Positions 19,637-28,049 of a DNA stretch of 61,170 nt are shown piece after piece. The stretch is from a virus (lineage: Duplodnaviria; Caudoviricetes). The position numbers and the translations under genes are program-made. A model generated the notes under the pieces. It did not search any database. It saw only the letters and a list, made by a program, of their open reading frames with translations, and was not told the origin of the DNA. The first letter of the stretch is position 1; each line of letters starts with the position of its first letter. The stretch spans positions 1 through 61,170 of the IMG/VR virus record IMGVR_UViG_3300048576_000579. The stretch is one strand, 5' to 3'.

Positions 19637-20277
19637 GCTGGCCTCGCGTAGCGTATGGGTTGCGGCCGTGCGTCGCCGACCTGAGCGCGGGCATGGGCGG
19701 CCATGGGCGCGAGCGTGATCCAGCTATCAGCCCGAATCCCGAGCATGACCACGCCCTCGCAGGCCGAGGGCTGAAGCATGACCGCCACGTCCATGACCGT
19801 GCCCAGCTCCAGGACGCCCTTGACGACCACCTTCTTGAGCGTGACTGCCGCGCCCGATTGAGCGCCCAGGCTGATCTTGCCGGCGACGACCGCCCGCTTG
19901 AGCGTGACGGCCGCGGTAATTACCCCGCCCACCTCGACCGTCGCAGAGACGGATATTTTCTTGAGCGTGGCCGCGCCGCTGGCCACAATCCCGGTCACGA
20001 GTTCGCCGGAGACGGACATGGTTTTGAGCGTGACCGCGCCGGCCATGCCCATGGCGCCCTCGACGATCACCCGCTTGAGCGTGACGGCCGCAGCCATGCC
20101 TTTGTTGGCCCGGCCGGCAACAACCATGGGCTGCAGCGTGATCGCGCCCTCGGCTGTTAAGCACGGCAGCAACTCGCCGACTACGGCCACGGGCCGCAGC
20201 GTAAGCCCGCCGTTGGCGGTCAACGTGGAAATCCCGAGCTCGTAGCTGATGGGGAAGGTGAGGGTCTGCGCGGCCAT
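19633..20277 (-). CDS. Repeat-rich beta-strand virion protein
   Basis: About 8 repeats of (A/G)AVTLK(R/K)xxVxG. Confidence 0.6.
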   Translation of the reverse strand: MAAQTLTFPISYELGISTLTANGGLTLRPVAVVGELLPCLTAEGAITLQPMVVAGRANKGMAAAVTLKRVIVEGAMGMAGAVTLKTMSVSGELVTGIVASGAATLKKISVSATVEVGGVITAAVTLKRAVVAGKISLGAQSGAAVTLKKVVVKGVLELGTVMDVAVMLQPSACEGVVMLGIRADSWITLAPMAAHARAQVGDARPQPIRYARPA

Positions 20278-20279
20278 GG

Positions 20280-22499
20280 CTACACCCCGTCATCCCAGTC
20301 GAGGACCAGGGTCACGCCGTTATCCTCGACGTGCTCGGTGTCGACGGGGACGGTTTGCTTCAGCCAGACGGGGAAGTGGGAGGGGACGGTCACCAAAACA
20401 ACAGGCTTACCTATCGGATTGTATCCTATAGTGAAATCTCCCCATGAGTCAGCCGGAATAATAAAATATGGCATTCCAGTGGCGGGATTGATAGGTGCAT
20501 AATCTGCGGAGACCAGCCCGTTGACAAGGCCTCCTATCTTTGACCCGGAACATGTGAATTCTGTCAGGCTGGTGAATTGTAGTGTCCATGTTTCGTGAAT
20601 TATACTATTCCCAGAGACATCATACTTTGAGAGATGATAATACCCGCTGTCCATATCTTCAGAAGAAACAGAATACATTGCCGCAAACGTCACGATGCGG
20701 CAGTTTCCGGCATAGTTGGACTCGGACGTGGTATAGCTATTGGCCAGCGTCCGACCGCCGAGAAGCGTGACCGTGACCTCGTTCCCAGTCTGCGTGCAGA
20801 GGCAATACCCGAGATGCTCGGCTGTCGGCCCGGCTCCGATCCAGATGGGCATGACTTTCTGGTCATAAGCCGGAACAAGAATTTCCTCCGATTCTTCGTT
20901 GTAAACCTTCTTTTGTTCCGTCTCTCCATCCACGACAAAAACGAACGACGTTGCTCCTGCCGCTACGTTTTCCTTGATACGGCCACAACAAAGCGGCAAC
21001 AAGGTTTGCCAACCTGCGTCACAGGAAGATTGCATTTCCTGTGTGTTTGGAAACCAATAGCGCTTGCCTTCGATCCCGCTTTGGCCTTCGTTCGAGTATA
21101 AAACGTTGTGCTGCACAACGACCCGGTCATCCCCGGCCGTCGGCCCTGCAAGCCGCAACCGTGCCCGGCCCTCTCTCCCGCCAGCGTAAAAAAATAGCTT
21201 GCGCCAGCGCGTGACGCCCTCGTGCTGCTCGACGCCCGAGACGTCCGGCAGCACGACGCCGCCTAACCCCGTGCTCAACTCCGCTCCCAGCCCGCCGCCG
21301 TTCTCCGCAGCCACGTCGCTCTGGATCTCGGAGCCGAACACCGAACACTCGGAGGCGCTCGCTGCCAGCACGGGCGAGTCCAGTACGCCGAGCGTGTAGG
21401 GCGCCTCGAAATCGTAACGCTGTTCTTCCGCGTCGTTCAACCAGCGCATGCGGAGTTTGAGAGTTCCTGCGCCATACGCGCTATCGGTCAACACGGTGTT
21501 GAACGCGTGCTCCACCCAAACAACGATCCCCGCCGGGAGTGTCCACAACACGATTTCCGGCGTAGCCGGGTAGTCGTACATGATGCATGTGCTGCCCTGG
21601 TCGGGAATCGGCAACGTGAACAGCTCCTGCCCGTCGGCGTAGGCCGTGAACGGCGAAGTCACAACGCCGCTGCCGACCGCTCCCCGCTTGTCGCTGGTGC
21701 AGGTGAACGCCCCCCCATTGCTGAACGCGAATGTGAATCGATCAAGGATCGTATTCGCGTTGACAAGATTGACGCCATATATTTGGCTCGATGATGCAGT
21801 GTACTTATGCCACCAAGAAGGCTTCACCTCACAAGATAGACAGTTCGCGATACACGCCCCCGCCGTGTAAGCGTTGACGAGCGTCTCCTCGCCCGCGATC
21901 GTGATGGTGGCTTCGTTGGTTTCACTATCGTAAACAACGGTGGCGCCCTCGAAATACTCACCGCTCGTGGAGCTAGTCCCGATCCAGACGATCTGTGTTT
22001 CGCTGGCCGAGAACGGGTTGTATCCGCAGTCATAGACAACGACGAACGAGCTGGCCCCGGCCGCGACATCGGACTTGAGTCGTCCGAGGGCCAAGAGCGT
22101 TGTCCGCGGTGCGCCTCCGCTCGCCACCCCGCTGCACAATTCCAGACTGCCCGTTCTGGGGCCACCTAATTGGGCGATAGTTCCCGCATGCAGAAAGTGG
22201 ACATCGTCCAGCCCGGTAGGAGCGGTAAGATGCACGAACGCCTTGGCGATCTCATCGCCTGCGGAATTTTGAGGCAAAAGAAACAGCTTACGCCAACGGC
22301 TTCCAACGTCCGTCTTTGCCCAATCCGAGGCGCCGTCCCCGAACTCGCCCCAGATGTTATAATCCTGAACGTCCGGCAGCACGTTGTTGACAACGCCGCT
22401 CGCAACCTCGGCGCCAGGCTCGCCGCCGTTGGAATCAGGGTCGAAATCAACGGCGACGGCCGAGGTGTAGGTCTTGATCTCGGACGCCAGGACAGCCAT
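20280..22499 (-). CDS. Tail-associated protein made of two tandem homologous modules
   Basis: NGG..GAE..G....VLPDV...RWRKLF occurs twice, as does V.AGA.SFV. Confidence 0.65.
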   Translation of the reverse strand: MAVLASEIKTYTSAVAVDFDPDSNGGEPGAEVASGVVNNVLPDVQDYNIWGEFGDGASDWAKTDVGSRWRKLFLLPQNSAGDEIAKAFVHLTAPTGLDDVHFLHAGTIAQLGGPRTGSLELCSGVASGGAPRTTLLALGRLKSDVAAGASSFVVVYDCGYNPFSASETQIVWIGTSSTSGEYFEGATVVYDSETNEATITIAGEETLVNAYTAGACIANCLSCEVKPSWWHKYTASSSQIYGVNLVNANTILDRFTFAFSNGGAFTCTSDKRGAVGSGVVTSPFTAYADGQELFTLPIPDQGSTCIMYDYPATPEIVLWTLPAGIVVWVEHAFNTVLTDSAYGAGTLKLRMRWLNDAEEQRYDFEAPYTLGVLDSPVLAASASECSVFGSEIQSDVAAENGGGLGAELSTGLGGVVLPDVSGVEQHEGVTRWRKLFFYAGGREGRARLRLAGPTAGDDRVVVQHNVLYSNEGQSGIEGKRYWFPNTQEMQSSCDAGWQTLLPLCCGRIKENVAAGATSFVFVVDGETEQKKVYNEESEEILVPAYDQKVMPIWIGAGPTAEHLGYCLCTQTGNEVTVTLLGGRTLANSYTTSESNYAGNCRIVTFAAMYSVSSEDMDSGYYHLSKYDVSGNSIIHETWTLQFTSLTEFTCSGSKIGGLVNGLVSADYAPINPATGMPYFIIPADSWGDFTIGYNPIGKPVVLVTVPSHFPVWLKQTVPVDTEHVEDNGVTLVLDWDDGV

Positions 22500-22511
22500 T
22501 ACGCACCTCGA

Positions 22512-23225
22512 TTAGTTGGGGTCGGTGATGGTCAGGCTGCTGATAACCAACGGCTTGCCGACCTTCACACTCATCGAATCAGTGATGATCTCGCCTGAGC
22601 TGGTGCCCACGCTCAGGTAAATGCGGATTGGCTTGTTGGTCGAACTGGTCGCCCCGGTCAGTCCGTTGTTTGCGCGCAACACCGCGTAGCCAATGGTCCC
22701 GGCCGCGATGCCAACGCCGGACCAATCCGAACTGGACGGCTTGGATACGACCTTGCCGGAGACATCGAGCGTCAAGCCGTTGGTCTTGGTTCCCGGCGTC
22801 ACCGTGGCGCCTGCCAGGGTTACGACGCCGAGTTTTACGCCTGGTTCGGCCGTGTCGCCGTCCGTGGGCATGGTCCCGCTCCAGAGCTCGAGCGTGCAGT
22901 AGCGAAACAGATCAACCGTCCCGTACGAATGCGGCGTGGCGATGGTCACGGACGCGCCCGCGGACTCGTCGACCAGATCCTCGTTGACATACAAGACGGT
23001 GCCGTCCGGGCTGATGTGCGCCGCGGCGAACAGTCCGTTGTTGCCGGCCTGGACAGCCCCCGTGATGAGCAAAATGTCATCCGGGATGAAGCCGGCCGCG
23101 AGGAACGAGCCGCCGTCGTTGCGCGTGATGCTCTTGCCCGACGCGGAGAACGCGAACCCGGTCCCGCTCGTACTGGCTTTGATGCCCTGGCGCCGGCCGG
23201 TCGCTTCGGTGGAAAAATAGGCCAT
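22512..23225 (-). CDS. Virion structural protein
   Basis: AGGAGG SD; beta-rich; structural context. Confidence 0.6.
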   Translation of the reverse strand: MAYFSTEATGRRQGIKASTSGTGFAFSASGKSITRNDGGSFLAAGFIPDDILLITGAVQAGNNGLFAAAHISPDGTVLYVNEDLVDESAGASVTIATPHSYGTVDLFRYCTLELWSGTMPTDGDTAEPGVKLGVVTLAGATVTPGTKTNGLTLDVSGKVVSKPSSSDWSGVGIAAGTIGYAVLRANNGLTGATSSTNKPIRIYLSVGTSSGEIITDSMSVKVGKPLVISSLTITDPN

Positions 23226-23235
23226 GATGATCCTC

Positions 23236-24246
23236 CTAATAAATCAGGGCGATGTACTGCCCCTCGTGAACCGCGGCCGTCCCGGAGTCCCCGGCGATCC
23301 GCGGAAGTTTGTCTTTGGTCCAATTGAAGACAACGCCGCCGTTGAGCAGGAGTAGAATTCCCCGCGACGTTGTCACGAAAATGCAGGCGCCGTGCGCGTC
23401 CTTGAGGCCTGTTTCGTCGGCCGTGGTCAAAACGTCCGTGCCCGTGAGCACGCGCGTCTTGGCCACCACGCGCGGCGCCAGCCCTTCCTCGGGGTCGGCC
23501 CCAGCCAGGAAATAGACCGCGTCGTCATCCGCGACGTAGAGCCCGTCGTCCACGGCGCGCACCATGCGCAGCCGCGACCCGAACGCCAGGTAGTTGAAAG
23601 CGGGCGCATGCCAGGCGTAGTAGAATGGTTCGGAGTAGACGAGGAATTGATCGAGCGCGACCCAGGCGCGACCGCGCCAGACCTCTACCAGATGGCCGAC
23701 GGGCATGGGCGAGAGCACCACGCGCGAGAGCTGGTCAGTCGGCGTGTCGTCGCCGTAGGCAGTGAGCGGCGTCTCCAGATCGCGGACTACGTCCACGAAC
23801 TGCAGCAGCGGACCGGCGTACTCGTCCTCGCGCCAATCCTGGCAAACTCCGTCCACGATCAGCCCGCTCTGGAATCCGTTGCACCAGAACACAATCCCGG
23901 CGTCCGCCTTGAAGCTCATGCGCGCCCCAGGCGTCAGCCCAGCGCGCAGCGTGCGCGACGTCCCGGCTTCGTCCATGGCCAGGAGCTCCCCCGCGCCCGT
24001 GACGTAGAGCACGTCCCCGCCGACGCCCGCGACCCCCAGCGGCGCTGCGAACAACGAATGCGCGCCGCCCGTGACCGCTTCCAACAGTTTGAACCCTCGC
24101 CGCGTCGTCGCCCGGCCGGAGTCGTCGAACCAGAAATTGACGCACTCGGCCAGCTCCAGCGCGGCCGGATTACGGCCGATGCGCGTGGCCGGCAGGGCGG
24201 CGTTGAGGCCAGCGAGGGAGGTGAAGATGGGGGCGAGGGCGGCCAT
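23236..24246 (-). CDS. Putative tail nozzle/stabilization (beta-propeller-like) protein
   Basis: ECVNFWFDDSGRATTRRG N-terminus and GRAWVA..LVYSEP pattern; follows the adaptor gene. Confidence 0.55.
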   Translation of the reverse strand: MAALAPIFTSLAGLNAALPATRIGRNPAALELAECVNFWFDDSGRATTRRGFKLLEAVTGGAHSLFAAPLGVAGVGGDVLYVTGAGELLAMDEAGTSRTLRAGLTPGARMSFKADAGIVFWCNGFQSGLIVDGVCQDWREDEYAGPLLQFVDVVRDLETPLTAYGDDTPTDQLSRVVLSPMPVGHLVEVWRGRAWVALDQFLVYSEPFYYAWHAPAFNYLAFGSRLRMVRAVDDGLYVADDDAVYFLAGADPEEGLAPRVVAKTRVLTGTDVLTTADETGLKDAHGACIFVTTSRGILLLLNGGVVFNWTKDKLPRIAGDSGTAAVHEGQYIALIY

Positions 24247-24248
24247 GA

Positions 24249-24905
24249 TCACCAATCCTGGAATGCGACGCGGGTTTCAGGTGTCGAAGCCATGGCGCCG
24301 CTTTGGCGCATGGAAACGGCCATGTCTTGAATCCGCGCCTCGTAGCGTTGTTTGAAGTGCTCGTAATTCGGCCGCATGCCGGTCTCGTTGTCGAACTCGA
24401 TCTCTTCGAACATGAACATGCACGCGCCAAGGGCGATAACGTCATGATGTTCCGCGGGGATCGCCTCCGGTTCAACCGTTTTCGCCGCGGTCACATCATC
24501 AACCATCACGGCGGGCTTGCGGAAGTAGTGGATCTTCACGGCCTGATCCGCTTCCGGCGAAGGGAAGTAGTCCAGCACACCACGCGCGCCGGTTACGGCG
24601 AGCACGTCGCCCGTCACGTCGTTGTCTCCGTACAGCTCCAGGATGTCAGAATGGGAATCGACAACCGCAATTCTGTACCCGGAGCGGCTCGCCCGAAAGA
24701 GCGAATGGGAAAAGTTGCTCGGCAAGGACGCGCTTTGCGCAGTGGCCAGCGCAGCAACGGTCCCGGAGGTCTCCAGGACAGGGACGCGCACGCGCTTGGC
24801 CACGTCGAGCAGGGCTCGATTGATCTTGCTGACGCGGTCTCCACGCTCATACGACGGGTCTTTGCAGAGCTTGACAGTGAGGGCGACGAGCTCGTTGAGG
24901 GTCAT
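24249..24905 (-). CDS. Head-tail adaptor (podoviral gp11-like)
   Basis: MTLNELV..INRAL.. N-terminus, IPAEHHDVIALGA motif, position after the capsid genes. Confidence 0.65.
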   Translation of the reverse strand: MTLNELVALTVKLCKDPSYERGDRVSKINRALLDVAKRVRVPVLETSGTVAALATAQSASLPSNFSHSLFRASRSGYRIAVVDSHSDILELYGDNDVTGDVLAVTGARGVLDYFPSPEADQAVKIHYFRKPAVMVDDVTAAKTVEPEAIPAEHHDVIALGACMFMFEEIEFDNETGMRPNYEHFKQRYEARIQDMAVSMRQSGAMASTPETRVAFQDW

Positions 24906-25072
24906 TACTTCTTCGCCTTCGGGGCCTCGGCCGTGGTTTCCGTGGCCGCGGCCTCATCGGCCGTGGCCTCGGCCGTGGGCTCTTCGAACTCGACCATGTC
25001 CGCGCGGGCCGCGAGTTGTTCCGTCCAGGGGTAGACGCGTCCGGTCTTGAGCTGTCTCAGCATTTTCGGCAT
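24905..25072 (-). CDS. Small head-associated protein, 55 aa (not in the ORF track)
   Basis: AAGGAG SD; MPKMLRQLKTGRVYPWTEQLAARADMVEFEE...; TAATG coupling to the next gene. Confidence 0.7.
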   Translation of the reverse strand: MPKMLRQLKTGRVYPWTEQLAARADMVEFEEPTAEATADEAAATETTAEAPKAKK

Positions 25073-25099
25073 GATAATTCTCCTTGCTTTTATTTGCGG

Positions 25100-25582
25100 C
25101 TACTCGCTGGACAGATCCATGCAGACCGCGCAGACGTTGATGACGGCCGCGTTTGCCCCGGCGTCGACCAGGGTCAGGTCCAGGGTGTCGGCTGCGGTGT
25201 ACAGTTTTCCGAGCTTGGCGCCGTTCGCCGTGGTGATGACGGTGACGGTGTCGGTATGCACTGCGCCAGTATGGTAGGCGGTGCCGGCAGTGGCGTTGAG
25301 GCTCACGCCGTCCAAGAAACCGTCAGGGTCGTCGCCGTCACCCACATCGGCGGTCAGCGCAGCCCCTTCGGCCTTGACGACCTCTAGGGAGACCAGGGAA
25401 ACCAACGTCATGGCCGGGATGTTGAAGAGCTTGAGAACGTCGGCAGCGCCAAAAGCCACGCCGGCATTTTCGCTGTCGGCCAGGGCTGCGAGGTCGAGAC
25501 GTTTCTTGAGGACGAAGTGTCTCCCGGCGTCGATTTCGCCGAGCTTCGTGGTCCCGCCCTCGGTAAGGCTGTAGGTTGTCAT
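25100..25582 (-). CDS. Capsid decoration/cement protein
   Basis: Directly after the MCP; VGDGDDPDGFLDGV motif; AAGGAG SD. Confidence 0.65.
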   Translation of the reverse strand: MTTYSLTEGGTTKLGEIDAGRHFVLKKRLDLAALADSENAGVAFGAADVLKLFNIPAMTLVSLVSLEVVKAEGAALTADVGDGDDPDGFLDGVSLNATAGTAYHTGAVHTDTVTVITTANGAKLGKLYTAADTLDLTLVDAGANAAVINVCAVCMDLSSE

Positions 25583-25598
25583 GTTTTTCTCCTTGAGT

Positions 25599-25624
25599 CG
25601 GCGGCCGGCTTAGGCCGGCCGCCG
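25599..25624 (-). other. Perfect 11-bp GC hairpin downstream of the MCP (mRNA stabiliser/attenuator)
   Basis: CGGCGGCCGGC-TTAG-GCCGGCCGCCG; no U-tract. Confidence 0.55.
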
Positions 25625-25638
25625 TTGGTTACAGATGG

Positions 25639-26568
25639 CTACGCCGCCTTGACGTAGGCGTGGACCAGGGCCTCGGGCTTGACGACCTTGTAGCCGTAGA
25701 CCTGCAGGCCGCGCATCATGTCCCCGAAGTCGTCCGGGTTGCGCAGCGTTTCCGCCTTCACGATCTGGGTCGCGAAGGTCAGGGCGTGCTTGCTCCCGGC
25801 GATGATGTTCCAGCAGGTCTTGCTCGCGCTGGAGTCGTACACGGACGCCAACTGATTCGAGCGCAGGATGGTCATGTTGTTGATGACCCCGACCTGCCCG
25901 TTGCGCAGGGTCGACTTTGCGTCGCCGGTCACGTCCACTTGTTTGAGGTCAGACTCCAGCAGCTTGGTCCAGGCCCAGGCCGGCAGAGTGACCCAACGAT
26001 TGAAGTCCGGGACGTTCTGTTCGTTGAGCACCTGGGCGATGCCCATGATGGAGCTCAGGATTTTATTCCCGGTGCTCCAGTCCACGGGAGTTCCAGTCAC
26101 GCCGAGGTTCACGGTTCCGCTCTTGGCCCCGGCGGTAGCTCCGGAGTTTTTGGCGTGCGCATCGACGTAGATGTCCGCCAACACTTCCGCGTCGATGTAT
26201 TCTTTGAGCTTGATGCCCGCGTTGGTCGCCCACTCGTTGACGAAGTTTTGATCGCTTTGCTTGACGTCCACGTCGGACGAGTTGAAGTTGTAGTACAAGC
26301 CCTTGTCGATCAGCAGGCTGACGGTCGATACCTTGGGGTTTTCGCGTTGCAGCGGCAGCCCCTTCACGTACTTGCGCACCGTGATGTCCGGATGAATCCG
26401 GATAATGACCTCGTCGCCCTGGTCCTTGATTTCCCCCTCGTAGTCCGTGTTGGCGATCTTGGTGAACACGGTCTCGTTGTAGAACTTGATCAGCGCCTTT
26501 TTCGCCCAGAGTTTCGGGATCAGAGTCCCGGAATGGCTCGGCGCTCCAGATGCGGTCGGGAATGCCAT
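25639..26568 (-). CDS. Major capsid protein (HK97 fold, P22/T7-like)
   Basis: IPKLWAKK..NTDYEGEIKDQGDEV and RGLQVYGYKVVKPEAL; strong codon bias; follows the scaffold gene. Confidence 0.9.
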   Translation of the reverse strand: MAFPTASGAPSHSGTLIPKLWAKKALIKFYNETVFTKIANTDYEGEIKDQGDEVIIRIHPDITVRKYVKGLPLQRENPKVSTVSLLIDKGLYYNFNSSDVDVKQSDQNFVNEWATNAGIKLKEYIDAEVLADIYVDAHAKNSGATAGAKSGTVNLGVTGTPVDWSTGNKILSSIMGIAQVLNEQNVPDFNRWVTLPAWAWTKLLESDLKQVDVTGDAKSTLRNGQVGVINNMTILRSNQLASVYDSSASKTCWNIIAGSKHALTFATQIVKAETLRNPDDFGDMMRGLQVYGYKVVKPEALVHAYVKAA

Positions 26569-26603
26569 GGGTATATCCTCGCTTGGCCGAGGCTAGGCCC
26601 TCG

Positions 26604-27683
26604 CTACACGTTCTGCCTCCCTATGTAGGCAAACATGTCAGCTTCGAGCCTCGCGGCCTCTTTGTCAGGGATTTTCCCGCGCGCAACATCGTCCAAGAAC
26701 TTCTCGATGGTGTTTTCGTCCCAGACGATTTGTTTCTTGTCTTGCGTTGCGCCGGACTTGGACTTGCCTGGCGAAAGCTCGCGCTCGAGCTTCGCTTGCC
26801 GATCCATGGATTTCCCTTGCGACGTCTGGCCGTTTTGCCCTTGCTGCTGTGCGCTGGGCGCGGCCCCGGATTGAGTGAAGAACTGCTTGAAGATAAACGC
26901 TGCACGCTTGTCATCGCGCTTGCTCGCGGCATCGTTCAGCGCGTCCCGCATTGGCTGGCCCGTGTACGGGTTGACCTGGTCCAGAAACGCCCAAAACAAC
27001 GGGTCGTTGTTGACCTGCTGCCAGTTCGGGACTTCGGCCGAAAGACCAGAGGCGAAGCGCTCTTCGGCGCTCTGTGCGGTATATTGCTGCACCCCGCCCA
27101 ACGCCTGGCGCATGGTCTGGTTCTCTTGCTTTAGCGCTTCGAGTTGATCGGCCAAGCTGTTGACGATCTCGCCCACCGACTCGAAATCTTCGCCGAAATC
27201 GGCCAACTTTTTCGGGTCAAGCTTGGGCGTCTTCGCCATCTGCTGATCGGGCTTCCGCTCCTGCGCGCTTTCGGGTTTTCGTCCTTGCGCCGCCAGGGCT
27301 GCGGCCAAATCCGCCACCTGTTTGGTCAGCTCGTTGATCTGCTGATGCAGTCTCGGGACCTCAGCGCCATATTTTCCCGATAGGACTTCGTAGCGCTTGC
27401 GAAACGTCTCTTCTTCCTCGTTCTGGGCGCCTTTGTCGGCGCTTCCATCCGGCTTCGCTTCCCCCGCGTTGGAGCCCTGATTCTCGGGGTCGGCAGCGCT
27501 GACCTGATCACCGGCAGCCTGGCCTTCCGCGCCCTGCTCGGCGTCGGAAGCGGTCTTGCCGGCCTGATCGTCCTGCGTATTGCCCTCTCCTTTCATCAGT
27601 TCATCCATTAGGGCGTCGGCCTCTTCGCCTTGGCGCCGTACAGCATCGGGCAGATGCGAATAGTCGCGGTCGTTGGATTCCAT
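26604..27683 (-). CDS. Capsid scaffolding protein
   Basis: Acidic disordered N-terminus, coiled coil, position between portal and MCP. Confidence 0.75.
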   Translation of the reverse strand: MESNDRDYSHLPDAVRRQGEEADALMDELMKGEGNTQDDQAGKTASDAEQGAEGQAAGDQVSAADPENQGSNAGEAKPDGSADKGAQNEEEETFRKRYEVLSGKYGAEVPRLHQQINELTKQVADLAAALAAQGRKPESAQERKPDQQMAKTPKLDPKKLADFGEDFESVGEIVNSLADQLEALKQENQTMRQALGGVQQYTAQSAEERFASGLSAEVPNWQQVNNDPLFWAFLDQVNPYTGQPMRDALNDAASKRDDKRAAFIFKQFFTQSGAAPSAQQQGQNGQTSQGKSMDRQAKLERELSPGKSKSGATQDKKQIVWDENTIEKFLDDVARGKIPDKEAARLEADMFAYIGRQNV

Positions 27684-27764
27684 GGTTTCATCTCCTTCGC
27701 GAGTCGCCCGGCTGCGGTATTCGTTCCCGAGTCGCGCCGTCGGTTTTCGCGGGTTGCGTGTTAT

Positions 27765-28049
27765 CTATGTCCAGCAGTCGGTATTGCCCCCCTGGGCAGC
27801 CGAGCTGTTGTCTCTTTGGTCGCGCAGCGTCGCGCGGGCTGTATTCTTGAGATCCTTCAGCGCGTAGAGGGCCTGTAGGGCGCCTTGAAGCTGGCGCATG
27901 ACGACGCCGTCGAGCTGAGTGCGCAGCGCCGCCTCGATCCTCACGATCTCCGGATCAAGGTATCCGTTCCAGAGTTGCTCCCAGTCACTGGAGCGCTCGT
28001 TGAGCCGGCTCACGACCTCAACTGTGCGCATGGTTGCGTTTGCCAGCAT
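27765..28049 (-). CDS. Conserved small protein after the portal
   Basis: TAATG coupling to the portal; MRQLQGALQAL motif. Confidence 0.7.
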   Translation of the reverse strand: MLANATMRTVEVVSRLNERSSDWEQLWNGYLDPEIVRIEAALRTQLDGVVMRQLQGALQALYALKDLKNTARATLRDQRDNSSAAQGGNTDCWT

